Source: Candidatus Bathyarchaeia archaeon (GTDB lineage: Archaea; Thermoproteota; CALKCG01; B24). Taken from it: a stretch of 64,000 bases of DNA. The position numbers and the translations under genes are program-made. A model generated the notes under the pieces. It ran no database searches, had not been told where the DNA came from, and saw only the letters and a list, made by a program, of their open reading frames with translations. Positions 29,592-39,429 of the stretch are shown here, one piece after another (position 1 is the first letter of the stretch; each line of letters begins with the position of its first letter). The stretch lies in NCBI GenBank assembly GCA_038870975.1, contig JAVZJD010000001.1, positions 416,001-480,000 on the forward strand. The letters are read 5' to 3'.

Positions 29592-31331
29592 TTAGTATTG
29601 TATACGTTGACCACAGTATGGGCAGTATACCGCGCCCCTGGGTAGTCGACCCCCACAGTATGGACAGAAGAGTAACTCAGGCTTTGCAGGCTTGGGTTTA
29701 ATCTTCCGTTTATAGGCTAGTCTAACTACGAGGAAGACTATGAATCCATATGTGATTACGCATAGTATTGGTGCATTTGTAGCAACGGTCGTAGCGCTAT
29801 TTGCATACAATATAGCTCTTGAATAGTAGCCTTTACTATAGGCTTCTACAGCCATAGATATTAGGATTTGAGCTATAAGTTTGAAAGGCTGTAGAAGTAT
29901 ACTCAGATTTTCTACAGCCTTCTTAGCATTTTCAACTATTATAGCGATCTCTTCAATAGCCGAGATACCTGTAAAGCCCCATTTCCTAAATGTTTCAAAA
30001 ACCTCTACGATATTGTCAGCGGCTCGTCCTAGGGCTGTTATTATCGACGAGTCGTCGTTTACGGAACCCATATCTTTGACTATTTTGAAGAAGCGTTTAT
30101 AGTATTCAAACCCCCCATATTTATCGCCAAGTGTCTTGAAGATTTTGTAAGACGCTGCATAGTATGCTATTACATTCGATGGGATTGAGCCCATAGACCA
30201 CGACTGTACAAATCCATACCTATCGCCTACAGCTGTGAGAACACTTTCAATTTCACTTCTATGCGTAGAAACAGCCTCCTGATAACCCAAGATCCAACCT
30301 ATCTCCATGCTGAAGTACTCAGCCATACCTTCATGAACCCAGAGTCTTGAAGGGCCTACACCTGCGTACCAGACCATGTGGTGAGTAAGCTCATGTAGCG
30401 CTATCAATTCTATGGAGCCGCTTATCGTCCTCATGTAGAATATGTTTAAGTGTATGTCTCCAGGTTGTCCTCCAGTGAAGGGAACGTATCCTCCTAAGCC
30501 TGATAGAAGCTCATTCCTACTTGGTAGGAAGAACGTCACGTGTATATCGTCGACATTTACACCGAAGACATCTAGAAAAATCGGTAGACTTCTATTGTAG
30601 AGGTTTAGAATTCTTCTAGCGTACTCTGCATATCTTGATGGCGCGTGGAAGGTGAAAATCCCCAATCTATATTCCTCCTCTTTAAGAGGCGTATTCCTAA
30701 GGGTGAAGTAAACCATGATGCGGCTGTTTGACTCTGTTGAACAGCTTATTAAAACGCGATTTTTTGGGAAACGTGTTATTAGGAGGTTTGACGGCTTTTT
30801 AATCGTAGAGCCTGCTATGATGCTTACGTCTTCTGAATTCACTGTCGAATTGGGTGGAAGTATTATCTCGGCTTTCCCCTCCAGATTTCCATCATATTCT
30901 ATATGAGATGAGTAGAATAGCCCATTAGGCTCGAATATGAAGGTGTAAAGCGGAACATCGTAGGTTATAGTTAGATTTGCGAATTTAGAGGTTGAAGTGA
31001 AACTGAAGGTGAAGTTTTCCCAGAATGGGTCTTTAGACTCGCCTCGAAAAATACTTTTGACGTTTACATTATTTAAAACGGCATCTGAGACAACGTAGCT
31101 CCAGTTCAAATAAGATGGAACTGTTACCCATGATGAGCCATGAGATAAACCACTGTATATCAAGTTGATGGATATGAACGTGTTTCCATTCTCATCTATA
31201 TCATACAGGTATAGTATTTGACCGCGAACGGCTGGAGCCGCTTGAACGCCCTCGGCGTATAGAAAGAAGTTTATGAAGACTGTTAAGATCAGAATAGACA
31301 GTATGAGTTTAGCGTTTAATTTGATTTTCAC
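29592..31331 (-). CDS. Secreted/membrane-anchored gluzincin (MA clan) metallopeptidase with C-terminal double zinc ribbon
   Basis: Signal peptide, HELTH...WVHEGMAEY, C-terminal TM helix, CPYCG...CPYCG. Confidence 0.82.
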   Translation of the reverse strand: MKIKLNAKLILSILILTVFINFFLYAEGVQAAPAVRGQILYLYDIDENGNTFISINLIYSGLSHGSSWVTVPSYLNWSYVVSDAVLNNVNVKSIFRGESKDPFWENFTFSFTSTSKFANLTITYDVPLYTFIFEPNGLFYSSHIEYDGNLEGKAEIILPPNSTVNSEDVSIIAGSTIKKPSNLLITRFPKNRVLISCSTESNSRIMVYFTLRNTPLKEEEYRLGIFTFHAPSRYAEYARRILNLYNRSLPIFLDVFGVNVDDIHVTFFLPSRNELLSGLGGYVPFTGGQPGDIHLNIFYMRTISGSIELIALHELTHHMVWYAGVGPSRLWVHEGMAEYFSMEIGWILGYQEAVSTHRSEIESVLTAVGDRYGFVQSWSMGSIPSNVIAYYAASYKIFKTLGDKYGGFEYYKRFFKIVKDMGSVNDDSSIITALGRAADNIVEVFETFRKWGFTGISAIEEIAIIVENAKKAVENLSILLQPFKLIAQILISMAVEAYSKGYYSRAILYANSATTVATNAPILCVITYGFIVFLVVRLAYKRKIKPKPAKPELLFCPYCGGRLPRGAVYCPYCGQRIQY

Positions 31332-31486
31332 GTTAAACCCCGACCTGCTTGTCCGTTTATCGCTTTAAAATGCGAAAATCTACATAGATAAACATATCTT
31401 TTCACGGTTTTTAATGGCAAACGTATTTAAATGAAAAGTTTACGCTTTTTTAAATGATTCACACTCATTAAAACTTTTCCTCTATT

Positions 31487-31672
31487 TTAAGTGACCTTAC
31501 TCTCCCATTTACAGTAGCGTAATTCTAAAAGCCCAAGATGAGTTTCACACAACGCGATTTCGCGCGCATGACGAGGGAGGATTAAACGAAATTTGCCACC
31601 ATACCAACATTCTAAGTATAGTCCTGTACGTCTAAGCCATTTACAGTCAAGACAGGACCTCCTACTACTCAT
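31487..31672 (-). CDS. Small Cys-rich hypothetical protein
   Basis: Strong SD (GAGGTG) before ATG; CxxC plus three more Cys and two His in 61 aa. Confidence 0.55.
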   Translation of the reverse strand: MSSRRSCLDCKWLRRTGLYLECWYGGKFRLILPRHAREIALCETHLGLLELRYCKWESKVT

Positions 31673-32031
31673 ACCCCCACCTCTTAACGGAGAATTCCAA
31701 CACTTTTATTCAAAAGGTTGTATTCCGCTAGAAGGCGGATTTGTTATTATCAAAAAATATAAAATTTCCCCTTAAAAAATTTTAACAAATTAACTTAAAA
31801 ATGTATATCGAGGAAAAGACCATAGGAGAACCACGTCATTAAGCGTCATTGCCCTTAGATGTACGCCTAGCGGAGTGAAGCTCATGACCTTACGTTTACT
31901 ATCAGGTTTTTAATATTCTAATGCCCATGTAGAGTAAAAAATACGTACTGAAGCCCTTGGTCTTGATCGAACTCAAGAGTTTCCAGGGAAACGTTTATTT
32001 TACACCGCCCTCGTTTTTATGGTTGCAAGCC

Positions 32032-33006
32032 ATGATAATATTAACACACGGAGACTGCGATGGCGTCTGTTCAGCCGCTATAGTTAAAATGCTATATCCA
32101 CATGCAGATGTCTACTTTACAAACCCTTCCAAGCTTTTACCAGATTTGAAGAAGTTTAACACTCCAGATGCCCTTGTAGTATGCGATATAGCTTTAAATG
32201 AGGGGGAGTGGCTTTCAGTTGAAGGAGAACTTAGAAGAATATCGCAAGGCTTTGAGGCAGTTTACATAGACCATCATCAATTGCCAGTAGATTTTCCAAG
32301 AGAGGTAAAGTCTGGGGTTAAAATCTACCATAGGGAGGATATGTGCGCTTCTCAAATAGTCTACGCTGTGTACAGCGATAGGATGGAAGAACGCACGAGG
32401 AGGTGGGCAGCGGTATTAGCTACTTATGGGGCAATATCAGATTACACTGAGGATACTCCGCCTGCATCAGAACTCTTAAACATGGTCGATAAGAGGGTAT
32501 TATATCTTGAATCTGGGGTATTGAGTGAAGCATTGGCTGTAAAACATGATGACAGCTTTAAGAAAGCTATAATTGAAGATTTAACTAAAGGAATTAAACC
32601 GAGTCAGATACCTAAATTAGTCGACTATGCTGTCGAAGCGTTGAAGCTAGAGTATGAAGTGTATAGTTACGTTGAAGGATATACGCGTAGAGTAGGAGAT
32701 GTCGCAGTGGTTATGAATTTACCGCATAAGGGGTTTCTAGGTAAAGCAGCCATCTACTCGATATATGTCTCTGGCGCTAGCATTGGATGCGCCATTGCTT
32801 TAAAAGAAAAGACTGCTGAATTGAGTTTAAGAACAAGAGACCCTAAGATAAATCTAGGTAGTATTGTGAGAAAAGTTGCAAAGACTTTGGGAGGCAGAGG
32901 TGGAGGACACAATCAAGCCTGTGGTGCTGAAATCCCAGAAGATGCTGTTGAAGACTTCATACGTATGGTTAACTCTCTAGTCTCCAGAGGCTCTGGAAGT
33001 CTCTGA
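32032..33006 (+). CDS. DHH/DHHA1 family phosphoesterase (RecJ/NrnA-like)
   Basis: THGDCDG, VCD, IDHH, SLRT, GGGH. Likely start ATG 32032. Confidence 0.9.
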   Translation: MIILTHGDCDGVCSAAIVKMLYPHADVYFTNPSKLLPDLKKFNTPDALVVCDIALNEGEWLSVEGELRRISQGFEAVYIDHHQLPVDFPREVKSGVKIYHREDMCASQIVYAVYSDRMEERTRRWAAVLATYGAISDYTEDTPPASELLNMVDKRVLYLESGVLSEALAVKHDDSFKKAIIEDLTKGIKPSQIPKLVDYAVEALKLEYEVYSYVEGYTRRVGDVAVVMNLPHKGFLGKAAIYSIYVSGASIGCAIALKEKTAELSLRTRDPKINLGSIVRKVAKTLGGRGGGHNQACGAEIPEDAVEDFIRMVNSLVSRGSGSL

Positions 33007-34936
33007 CGGCTTTAGCTAAATTTTCAATTTTCCTGAAAGCCTGTATGTTCCTACGCCAATCTTCGGGAAGTTTTTCCGCTATATGTCCAATCATTCGACT
33101 GTCCATGATCACTATTATCCCCTTATCCTCTGGTTTTCTGATTAAGCGTCCAGCTGCTTGAGCCAGAGCATTAATACAGGGATTTACATTGGCATACTCG
33201 TAGCCCTTCTCACCAAACTTCTCGACGAAATACTTGGTTAATGCTTCCTGAAGTTCCGTTTTCTTAGGATAAGGTAAACCGACTATTACAACGGCTGATA
33301 ATAGGGAACCTAATTCATCTGAGAAGTCTACACCTTCACTGACTTTTCCTCTTGCAACAGCCATTACTGTTGGCTTACTATTAGTCTTTAGAAACTTGTA
33401 AACGTCTTCAAAAGACGTATCTTCATTTTCATATAAAACTGGTGTTTCAAAGTCTTTTGAGTACTGTTTAACTGCGTTCATCACTTCATATGATGGAAAG
33501 TATAAAGCCATAGCCCCATCGATAGAGTCCCTTAAAACCTTAATGTGCTCAGCTATTTTAACCCATTCTTCTTCACACCTCCTGGTAAACTTTGTAGTTA
33601 CACCTAAGTCTACGAAAATAGCCCTATTCTCCTCTGGAAATGGATATGGAAGGTCAAGTTTACTGACGCGATTCTTATTTAAGCCTAAGACTTCAATGTA
33701 GTAGTCCATATCCCAAAGCGTTCCAGACATAAGTGTAACCGCATAAATGTCATTGAGTACAGACGCTACGGGAGATGGGTCTAAAAGCCTTAATCCAATC
33801 CTATAATTTAGGGAGCCATCTCTAAAGGTGAAACCTTCTATATACTTTACAAAATTAGACTCTTCAGATTCGACAAAATGCTCGAGAAAAACCCCAACTC
33901 TAGATGTGTATGAAATAGGCGGTAGACCTTCAGAAATCTTCATAGACCTTATAACCTCACCTTCCTCTTGAAAGAACTTGGCGACCTCTAAAAGCCCACC
34001 ATACTGGTCTGCGTTTAAAGTAGTACTCAAAAGTTCCTCAATGTACGCATCTTCTAGAAGTCTAACCTCGTCCTGCTGAATTTGGAGGTTGTCTCCCAGT
34101 CTTTTTACGGCAGTTAAAATATTTTTCAAGTATTCGGTTGCATTTGAACTGTAACGCTCACATTCTCTGAGGGCCCTCTCTAGAGTAACCGTTGAAATAG
34201 TCTCCGTAGTTAGTTCTGTTAAATAGCTTGGTAGCGAGTGCGCTTCATCAACGACGCATATGGTGTCTTCAAGGTGTATGGAGGCTTTCGTAAAGGTGCT
34301 CTCTCTCACAGCGTCCATAAAGAGGTAGTTGTAGCTCCCAACGATGACGTCCGCCTTCTTGAGTAGGAGCTTGGAAACCTCGTAGGGGCATAGCTCCAGG
34401 TCTATACATAGGTTGAAAACCTCATGTGGAGTTGAAGCTCCAACTTCTCCGAGTTTATCCAGAGCTTTTAAAGCCTTCCATGATGGTCGTTTACCTGAGA
34501 AGGTAGACTCATAGAAGGCGCATTTCTCATTTAGAGAGCGACTTCTGAGGCTTTTACAATACTTTAAGAAGTCTCCATATGGTATGTTTTTAATATCGTC
34601 TAAAGAAGCCTTAGGGCACATGTGTTTCCGACTCGTAAGTGGGACTACTGTAAACTTCTCCGATGAAAACTGGGATATTCTCCTAGCCTCCCTACAGTAG
34701 ATTTCAAGCTGGTTTCTAGTCCTAGTTAGGACAAGAAGCCTCTTGGATAATCCGAGGCTTCTAACAGCCATGTAAGCCGTTAAAACGGATATACTTTTAC
34801 CCGTCCCACATGGACTTGAAAGAAGTGCAATTCTACCGTTTTTGAAAGCTTCAAATAGGAAGCGTATGGCTTTAAGCTGACCAGCCCTGTAAGATTTATA
34901 CGGGAAGAACTTGGCGAAAAGTTCTTTATACTCCAC
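32969..34936 (-). CDS. xpd: XPD/Rad3-family Fe-S DNA helicase
   Basis: SPCGTGKS, four Fe-S Cys, VDEAH, SGTL, SEGVDF, QAAGRLIR. Confidence 0.92.
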   Translation of the reverse strand: MEYKELFAKFFPYKSYRAGQLKAIRFLFEAFKNGRIALLSSPCGTGKSISVLTAYMAVRSLGLSKRLLVLTRTRNQLEIYCREARRISQFSSEKFTVVPLTSRKHMCPKASLDDIKNIPYGDFLKYCKSLRSRSLNEKCAFYESTFSGKRPSWKALKALDKLGEVGASTPHEVFNLCIDLELCPYEVSKLLLKKADVIVGSYNYLFMDAVRESTFTKASIHLEDTICVVDEAHSLPSYLTELTTETISTVTLERALRECERYSSNATEYLKNILTAVKRLGDNLQIQQDEVRLLEDAYIEELLSTTLNADQYGGLLEVAKFFQEEGEVIRSMKISEGLPPISYTSRVGVFLEHFVESEESNFVKYIEGFTFRDGSLNYRIGLRLLDPSPVASVLNDIYAVTLMSGTLWDMDYYIEVLGLNKNRVSKLDLPYPFPEENRAIFVDLGVTTKFTRRCEEEWVKIAEHIKVLRDSIDGAMALYFPSYEVMNAVKQYSKDFETPVLYENEDTSFEDVYKFLKTNSKPTVMAVARGKVSEGVDFSDELGSLLSAVVIVGLPYPKKTELQEALTKYFVEKFGEKGYEYANVNPCINALAQAAGRLIRKPEDKGIIVIMDSRMIGHIAEKLPEDWRRNIQAFRKIENLAKAVRDFQSLWRLES

Positions 34937-35007
34937 AAAGCTATAACTGGAAACTCTAAAGCTTAAGCTTTTTAGAATCTTAGATATATATTTCCCCAGG
35001 AGGGTTA

Positions 35008-35493
35008 GTGGTTTTGAAGATTCTCTGGGCGCCTTGGAGGGCGAAATACGTAGAGAAGCCTGCGGAGAACTGTATATTCTGCGATAAAATCCGTGAAAAT
35101 AAGGATGAAGAAAACTTGATAGTTTTAAGAGGCCGAAGGGTGTTTATAATGCTTAACAGATATCCTTATAATACTGGACATCTCATGGTGGCACCCTATA
35201 GACACATTGCAGATATGGAGGAGCTTAGTGAAGACGAAGCTATGGAGATTTTCAAGCTTTTGACGGAATCTATTAAAGCGCTTAAAAACACCTTTAAACC
35301 AGATGGATTTAACATAGGTGTAAACCTTGGCAGAGCCGCTGGAGCCGGCGTAGAGGGGCATATACATTTTCATGTTGTCCCAAGATGGCTTGGCGATACA
35401 AACTTCATGCCTGTCATTTCTCATACGAAAGTCATGCCTATTTCTCTAGAAGAAGTCTATACGAAGATTAAAAAAAGCATAAAATCCTTTTGA
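35008..35493 (+). CDS. HIT family hydrolase (Ap4A phosphorylase/hydrolase type)
   Basis: WAPWR, CIFC, NRYPYNTGH, HIHFHVVPRW. Confidence 0.94.
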   Translation: MVLKILWAPWRAKYVEKPAENCIFCDKIRENKDEENLIVLRGRRVFIMLNRYPYNTGHLMVAPYRHIADMEELSEDEAMEIFKLLTESIKALKNTFKPDGFNIGVNLGRAAGAGVEGHIHFHVVPRWLGDTNFMPVISHTKVMPISLEEVYTKIKKSIKSF

Positions 35494-35509
35494 AGACTAT
35501 TCATATAGG

Positions 35510-36187
35510 CTAATCACATATTAACGTTCCTATTTTAACACCTTTAACGGCTAATTCAATATTCTCAGGTTTAAAACCGTTTAAAACTATGGTTTTGATT
35601 TTATGTCTAGCTATTAATCTGGCCGCTTTTGGATCTATTATCGTTTTTAAACCTGCTTCATAATGTACACGTCCAAACATATTTTTAAGCTCTTTGAAGC
35701 TTAGATTGTCGATTTTAAAGGCGTCGGGATATCGTGACGGGTCTTTGTTATAGATGCCGTCTCTATTGGTAGCTTTAATCAGCAGATTAAAGCCAAGTTT
35801 AATTGCTGCAAGAACTGCTACAGTATCAGTAGTCATACCTGGCTTAATGCCACCCATAACTACGATGCTGTGTTTTTTAAACAGTTTAGAGACTTCTCCT
35901 ATTCTCTTAGGGATTGTCACGGGAGTTGTTGGTCTTAGTGCTTCAGCTAGCAGTTGGGCGATTACTCGTGATGCTTGTATGGCTATTCTATCTTGACTTT
36001 CTTGGGACATGTTCATCATCTTTGCATTTTCTATCAGTATTCTAGCCAGTTCTCCTCCCCCGGTTACGACGAGTAGTTTAAAACCGTTTTGAGAAAGTTT
36101 ACCTAAAATTTTAGAGTATTCTAGTATAAGAAGTGGATTTAACGGAGAGGCTATGACAGAACCGCCTATTCTAAGCACTATTTTCAT
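35510..36187 (-). CDS. pyrH: UMP kinase
   Basis: IGGSV, VTGGG, PGMTTDTVA, DGIYNKDP. Likely start ATG 36187 after GGTGGTG. Confidence 0.93.
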   Translation of the reverse strand: MKIVLRIGGSVIASPLNPLLILEYSKILGKLSQNGFKLLVVTGGGELARILIENAKMMNMSQESQDRIAIQASRVIAQLLAEALRPTTPVTIPKRIGEVSKLFKKHSIVVMGGIKPGMTTDTVAVLAAIKLGFNLLIKATNRDGIYNKDPSRYPDAFKIDNLSFKELKNMFGRVHYEAGLKTIIDPKAARLIARHKIKTIVLNGFKPENIELAVKGVKIGTLICD

Positions 36188-36208
36188 TGGAAACACCACC
36201 TAAATTTA

Positions 36209-36235
36209 TTTAAACTGACTTCGTCATAGTTTAAA
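36209..36235. promoter_or_regulatory. Inverted repeat TTTAAACT-N11-AGTTTAAA in the pyrH / wHTH-NrdD divergent intergenic region
   Basis: Read directly; the inner TGAC-ttc-GTCA is also palindromic. Could be back-to-back TATA boxes and/or an operator. Confidence 0.45.
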
Positions 36236-36261
36236 ATACTATCTATTGAGAGGAGAGATTT

Positions 36262-38532
36262 TTGAGCAGAATTAGAAGGGGCTTTTCAAATCAAGTTTTT
36301 CAGGTTCTTTCTTCACCGATTAGGTTTGAAGTCCTTAGACTTCTAAGGCTAAACCGTACTTTAACCTATAGTGAAATTATGGATATGCTAGGTTTAGAGC
36401 CAGCTAAACATGCTGGTAAGTTTGCATATCACCTCAGAAGCCTTGTAAAGGCTAGACTTATTGAAAAGACGGATGACGGTAAGACTTATCGGCTTACAGA
36501 CCTTGGGGTTAGAGTTTTAGAGTTCGCTCAAGAGCTTAATGAATATCTTATGAAGAAAGCGGGTAAACTTCTGGTTAGAAGTTCTAGAATGGCTATAGAA
36601 GAGTTTGACAGGCTTAGAATAGTGAATAGTCTTATTAAAGAAGCGCAGGTTCCTTTAGACTTGGCCGAATCTATTTCGCTTGAAGTTGAAAGAAGACTTG
36701 TAAACCTTCAGGTTAAATATTTAACTGCTCCACTTATACGAGAAATAGTTAATGCAATTCTCATAGAGAAGGGGCTTGAGGAGTATAGGCATAGACTTAC
36801 AAGACTCGGCCTTCCAGTTTACGACGTCGTTAAAACATTTGAAAAAGCTAGTACGATGAAAATGCACGTCGAAGAAGTTAGAGAAATAGCTGGTGAAGCA
36901 GTTTTAAGAGAATATACTCTTTTAAACGTTCTACCTAGAGACGTTGCCGACGCATACTTAAGTGGAGACATACATTTAGAACTCCCAGGGTCTTGGATAC
37001 TTAGACCCGACGTCATCCAACATGACATACGGCTGATTCTGACGGGTAAGTTTCCAAACATGCCCAGTAAAAGCCCAACGACGTTAACTTCAGCATTAAA
37101 CAGGCTTAGGGTTGCCGCCTACAACAGCAGTTTTGAGGTTAATTTAGACCAGGGATTTGACATGTTCAACGTCTTCTTAGCGCCTTTCACCAGAGGAAGA
37201 AGGCTTGTGGAAGTTAAACGGGCGCTTCAAGTATTCATAGAATCTATGAGAATCTCCTCAAATCTCAACGTCAACTTTGGATTAGAAGTGGGTTTAAATC
37301 GGAAGATTGAAAACCTTAAAACTATACCTGGTGGAGAAGTTTATGGAGACTATCGAGATGAAGTTTTAACGTTTACACAAGCTCTTATAGATGTCTTAAA
37401 GAAGGAGTATTCGAGGAGCCCACTCTACAATTTCAATTTGACAATCAAGATTAGAGAATGGCCTCTGAAAGACGAGTGGATAGAAGTAATGAAGAGCATA
37501 CACGATGCTGCGAAGTTTGGCATACCCATTGTAATAGCTAATCTAACGGATGTAGATGATAACACCAGCTTCTCAAGCTATGGATTTAGATTTGAGCCTC
37601 TTTCAGACTGGGAAGTGGATACGCTAGCAGTACCTATGATTGTAGACGTTTCCATAAACATGCCTAGGCTCGCTCAAATATCTAAAGGAAGCGATGAACG
37701 CCTCTGGGAGAATTTACAGAAGATAATGGACAAGGCTATTGAAGCAATACATATTAGGAGGGGGGCTTTGGAGAGCCGGATTAAAGAGGGGCTTCTACCG
37801 AATATTTCTCAACCAGACGATCCATATGTGAGGTTTAAAGCCATGTTTTCAGCTCTTGGACTATTTGGACTTAATGAAGCCACTGTTCTACACACAGGCT
37901 CAGACCTTACGAGCACTACATCACAAGCTGCTATGCTTAGAGTTTTAAGGCGTATACGCGCATACTTAGATGCAAGTAGAGATAGAATTGGATTGACGAG
38001 TATATGCGGTGAAGAGGGCGCATCTAGGCTTGTAAATCTAGACCTCAATAACTACGGTAAATCCATCTTAAACAGTCAAGGTTTCAGGAGAGAGCCATAC
38101 TACACCGATGTATGCGTAGTGCCTTTAGAATACGGCATACCGCTTTCTAAAAGGCTTGAAATAGAGGAGAAAGTGGGTTCTATAATGAATTATGGAACTC
38201 TTCCAGTCATAGAGGTGAATTCGAACGAAGTTGATGGTGAAACTCTCTTTAAGACGACATCATACATAGTGTCCAAGTATAAGCAACTCAGATGCTTCAC
38301 ATACTCGACCTTCACAACGTACTGTAAACGATGCTCTAAACTGTTTGAAGGCTATTGGGATAGATGCCCGAAGTGTAGCAACATAGCTACCGTAGTTCAA
38401 TACGGCAGAACTCCAACCCTAGTTAAACCAATATACAGGTGGACTTCTGAAAAAAGAGCAAATATGTTTCTAAGAAAAGCTTACGGTGTTAAAGACATCG
38501 AATCCTTAACCCCTATTTTAAGCCCGGCTTAG
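36262..38532 (+). CDS. wHTH (ArsR-like) + ATP-cone + degenerate class III ribonucleotide reductase (NrdD-like), predicted catalytically inactive
   Basis: N-terminal wHTH ([11 protein letters not shown]...FAYHLRSL...YRLT), ATP cone (VRSS...FDRLRI), NrdD core (GDIHL, INMPRLA, GLNEA, YYT) and Zn CxxC/CxxC. Catalytic Cys residues and the RxxGY Gly are absent. Confidence 0.88.
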   Translation: MSRIRRGFSNQVFQVLSSPIRFEVLRLLRLNRTLTYSEIMDMLGLEPAKHAGKFAYHLRSLVKARLIEKTDDGKTYRLTDLGVRVLEFAQELNEYLMKKAGKLLVRSSRMAIEEFDRLRIVNSLIKEAQVPLDLAESISLEVERRLVNLQVKYLTAPLIREIVNAILIEKGLEEYRHRLTRLGLPVYDVVKTFEKASTMKMHVEEVREIAGEAVLREYTLLNVLPRDVADAYLSGDIHLELPGSWILRPDVIQHDIRLILTGKFPNMPSKSPTTLTSALNRLRVAAYNSSFEVNLDQGFDMFNVFLAPFTRGRRLVEVKRALQVFIESMRISSNLNVNFGLEVGLNRKIENLKTIPGGEVYGDYRDEVLTFTQALIDVLKKEYSRSPLYNFNLTIKIREWPLKDEWIEVMKSIHDAAKFGIPIVIANLTDVDDNTSFSSYGFRFEPLSDWEVDTLAVPMIVDVSINMPRLAQISKGSDERLWENLQKIMDKAIEAIHIRRGALESRIKEGLLPNISQPDDPYVRFKAMFSALGLFGLNEATVLHTGSDLTSTTSQAAMLRVLRRIRAYLDASRDRIGLTSICGEEGASRLVNLDLNNYGKSILNSQGFRREPYYTDVCVVPLEYGIPLSKRLEIEEKVGSIMNYGTLPVIEVNSNEVDGETLFKTTSYIVSKYKQLRCFTYSTFTTYCKRCSKLFEGYWDRCPKCSNIATVVQYGRTPTLVKPIYRWTSEKRANMFLRKAYGVKDIESLTPILSPA

Positions 38533-38993
38533 AATTGATTTATAATATCTTCTCTAGTCATAACTATTCTGCAGTAGTGGCATCTAAGCCTTAGAGGTTC
38601 TACGCTTTCAACGATAAACGTAGGTTGAACGGGTTCTCCGCTGTTTGTTATACAGGATGCATTCGCACATTTGATCACGCCCTTTATGATTTTTGGAAGT
38701 TTAACTTTATTCTTTTCAACTACCTCATAGTTCCGTATAATGTTTATGGTGGCGTTTGGAGCTATTAGAGCTATTTTATGGACTTCATCTTCTCTAAGCT
38801 CTCGATTCTCAACCTTCACAATATCTTTTCTGCCGAGCTTTTGACTTGGGACATTCATAAGAATACTTATAATATTGCCCTCTTTACCGGTTAATCCTAT
38901 TATCCTGAGAACCGCTAAAGCATATCCAGCAGTTATGTGGTCTATGACGGTTCCATCTTCAATCTTGCTAACTCTCAGCTCTTTTTCAACCAT
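38529..38993 (-). CDS. pyrI: Aspartate carbamoyltransferase regulatory subunit
   Basis: [26 protein letters not shown]4-C...CxxC. Confidence 0.97.
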   Translation of the reverse strand: MVEKELRVSKIEDGTVIDHITAGYALAVLRIIGLTGKEGNIISILMNVPSQKLGRKDIVKVENRELREDEVHKIALIAPNATINIIRNYEVVEKNKVKLPKIIKGVIKCANASCITNSGEPVQPTFIVESVEPLRLRCHYCRIVMTREDIINQF

Positions 38994-39114
38994 AAAGCCA
39001 CCCTTTTAAGTGTACTAAACTAAATCTAAAATAGATTTACTTTAAAAAGCTTACAGCTTCCATAATTCCGCTGGATTTCTCGATAAGTTAGATAAACTCA
39101 GGTAGTTTTCAAAT

Positions 39115-39429
39115 TCAGTGGATTCTCCTAAAGTTTATGATGTATACATATGTTTCAGGGGTTAAACTAGGATAGTGCCTTTTAAGAGCTTTGATAAGCT
39201 CCATTCTATTTTTAAACCCATCTTTTCTAGCGTCTTCATCGTTTAGCTCTAAGAGTTTCTTCCGAGTAACACTTCTTACTATAGCATATCCGCAGCTTAC
39301 ACCGCCAGCTATTAATTCAACTAAGTCTCCAGGTTTAACGTGTGCATTCACTCTTATGGTCGTCGTTTTCCGTCCATCCTTCAAAGCCTCTCTATACTCT
39401 TTTTTGAAGTTCAACTGTTTATACTCCAT
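39115..39429 (-). CDS. ASCH domain protein (YqfB-like)
   Basis: GRKTTTIR, EDARKDGF, LKRHYP, YIINF; overlaps the tmcA stop by 11 nt. Confidence 0.9.
   Translation of the reverse strand: MEYKQLNFKKEYREALKDGRKTTTIRVNAHVKPGDLVELIAGGVSCGYAIVRSVTRKKLLELNDEDARKDGFKNRMELIKALKRHYPSLTPETYVYIINFRRIH

Noticed and set aside
32969-33006. 38-nt convergent overlap of the DHH and XPD genes as a regulatory feature
   Set aside because: Short convergent overlaps recur in this compact genome (26026, 38529, 53637) and need no special explanation.
36262-38532. Annotation as an active anaerobic ribonucleotide reductase (nrdD)
   Set aside because: The glycyl-radical Gly and both active-site Cys positions are substituted.
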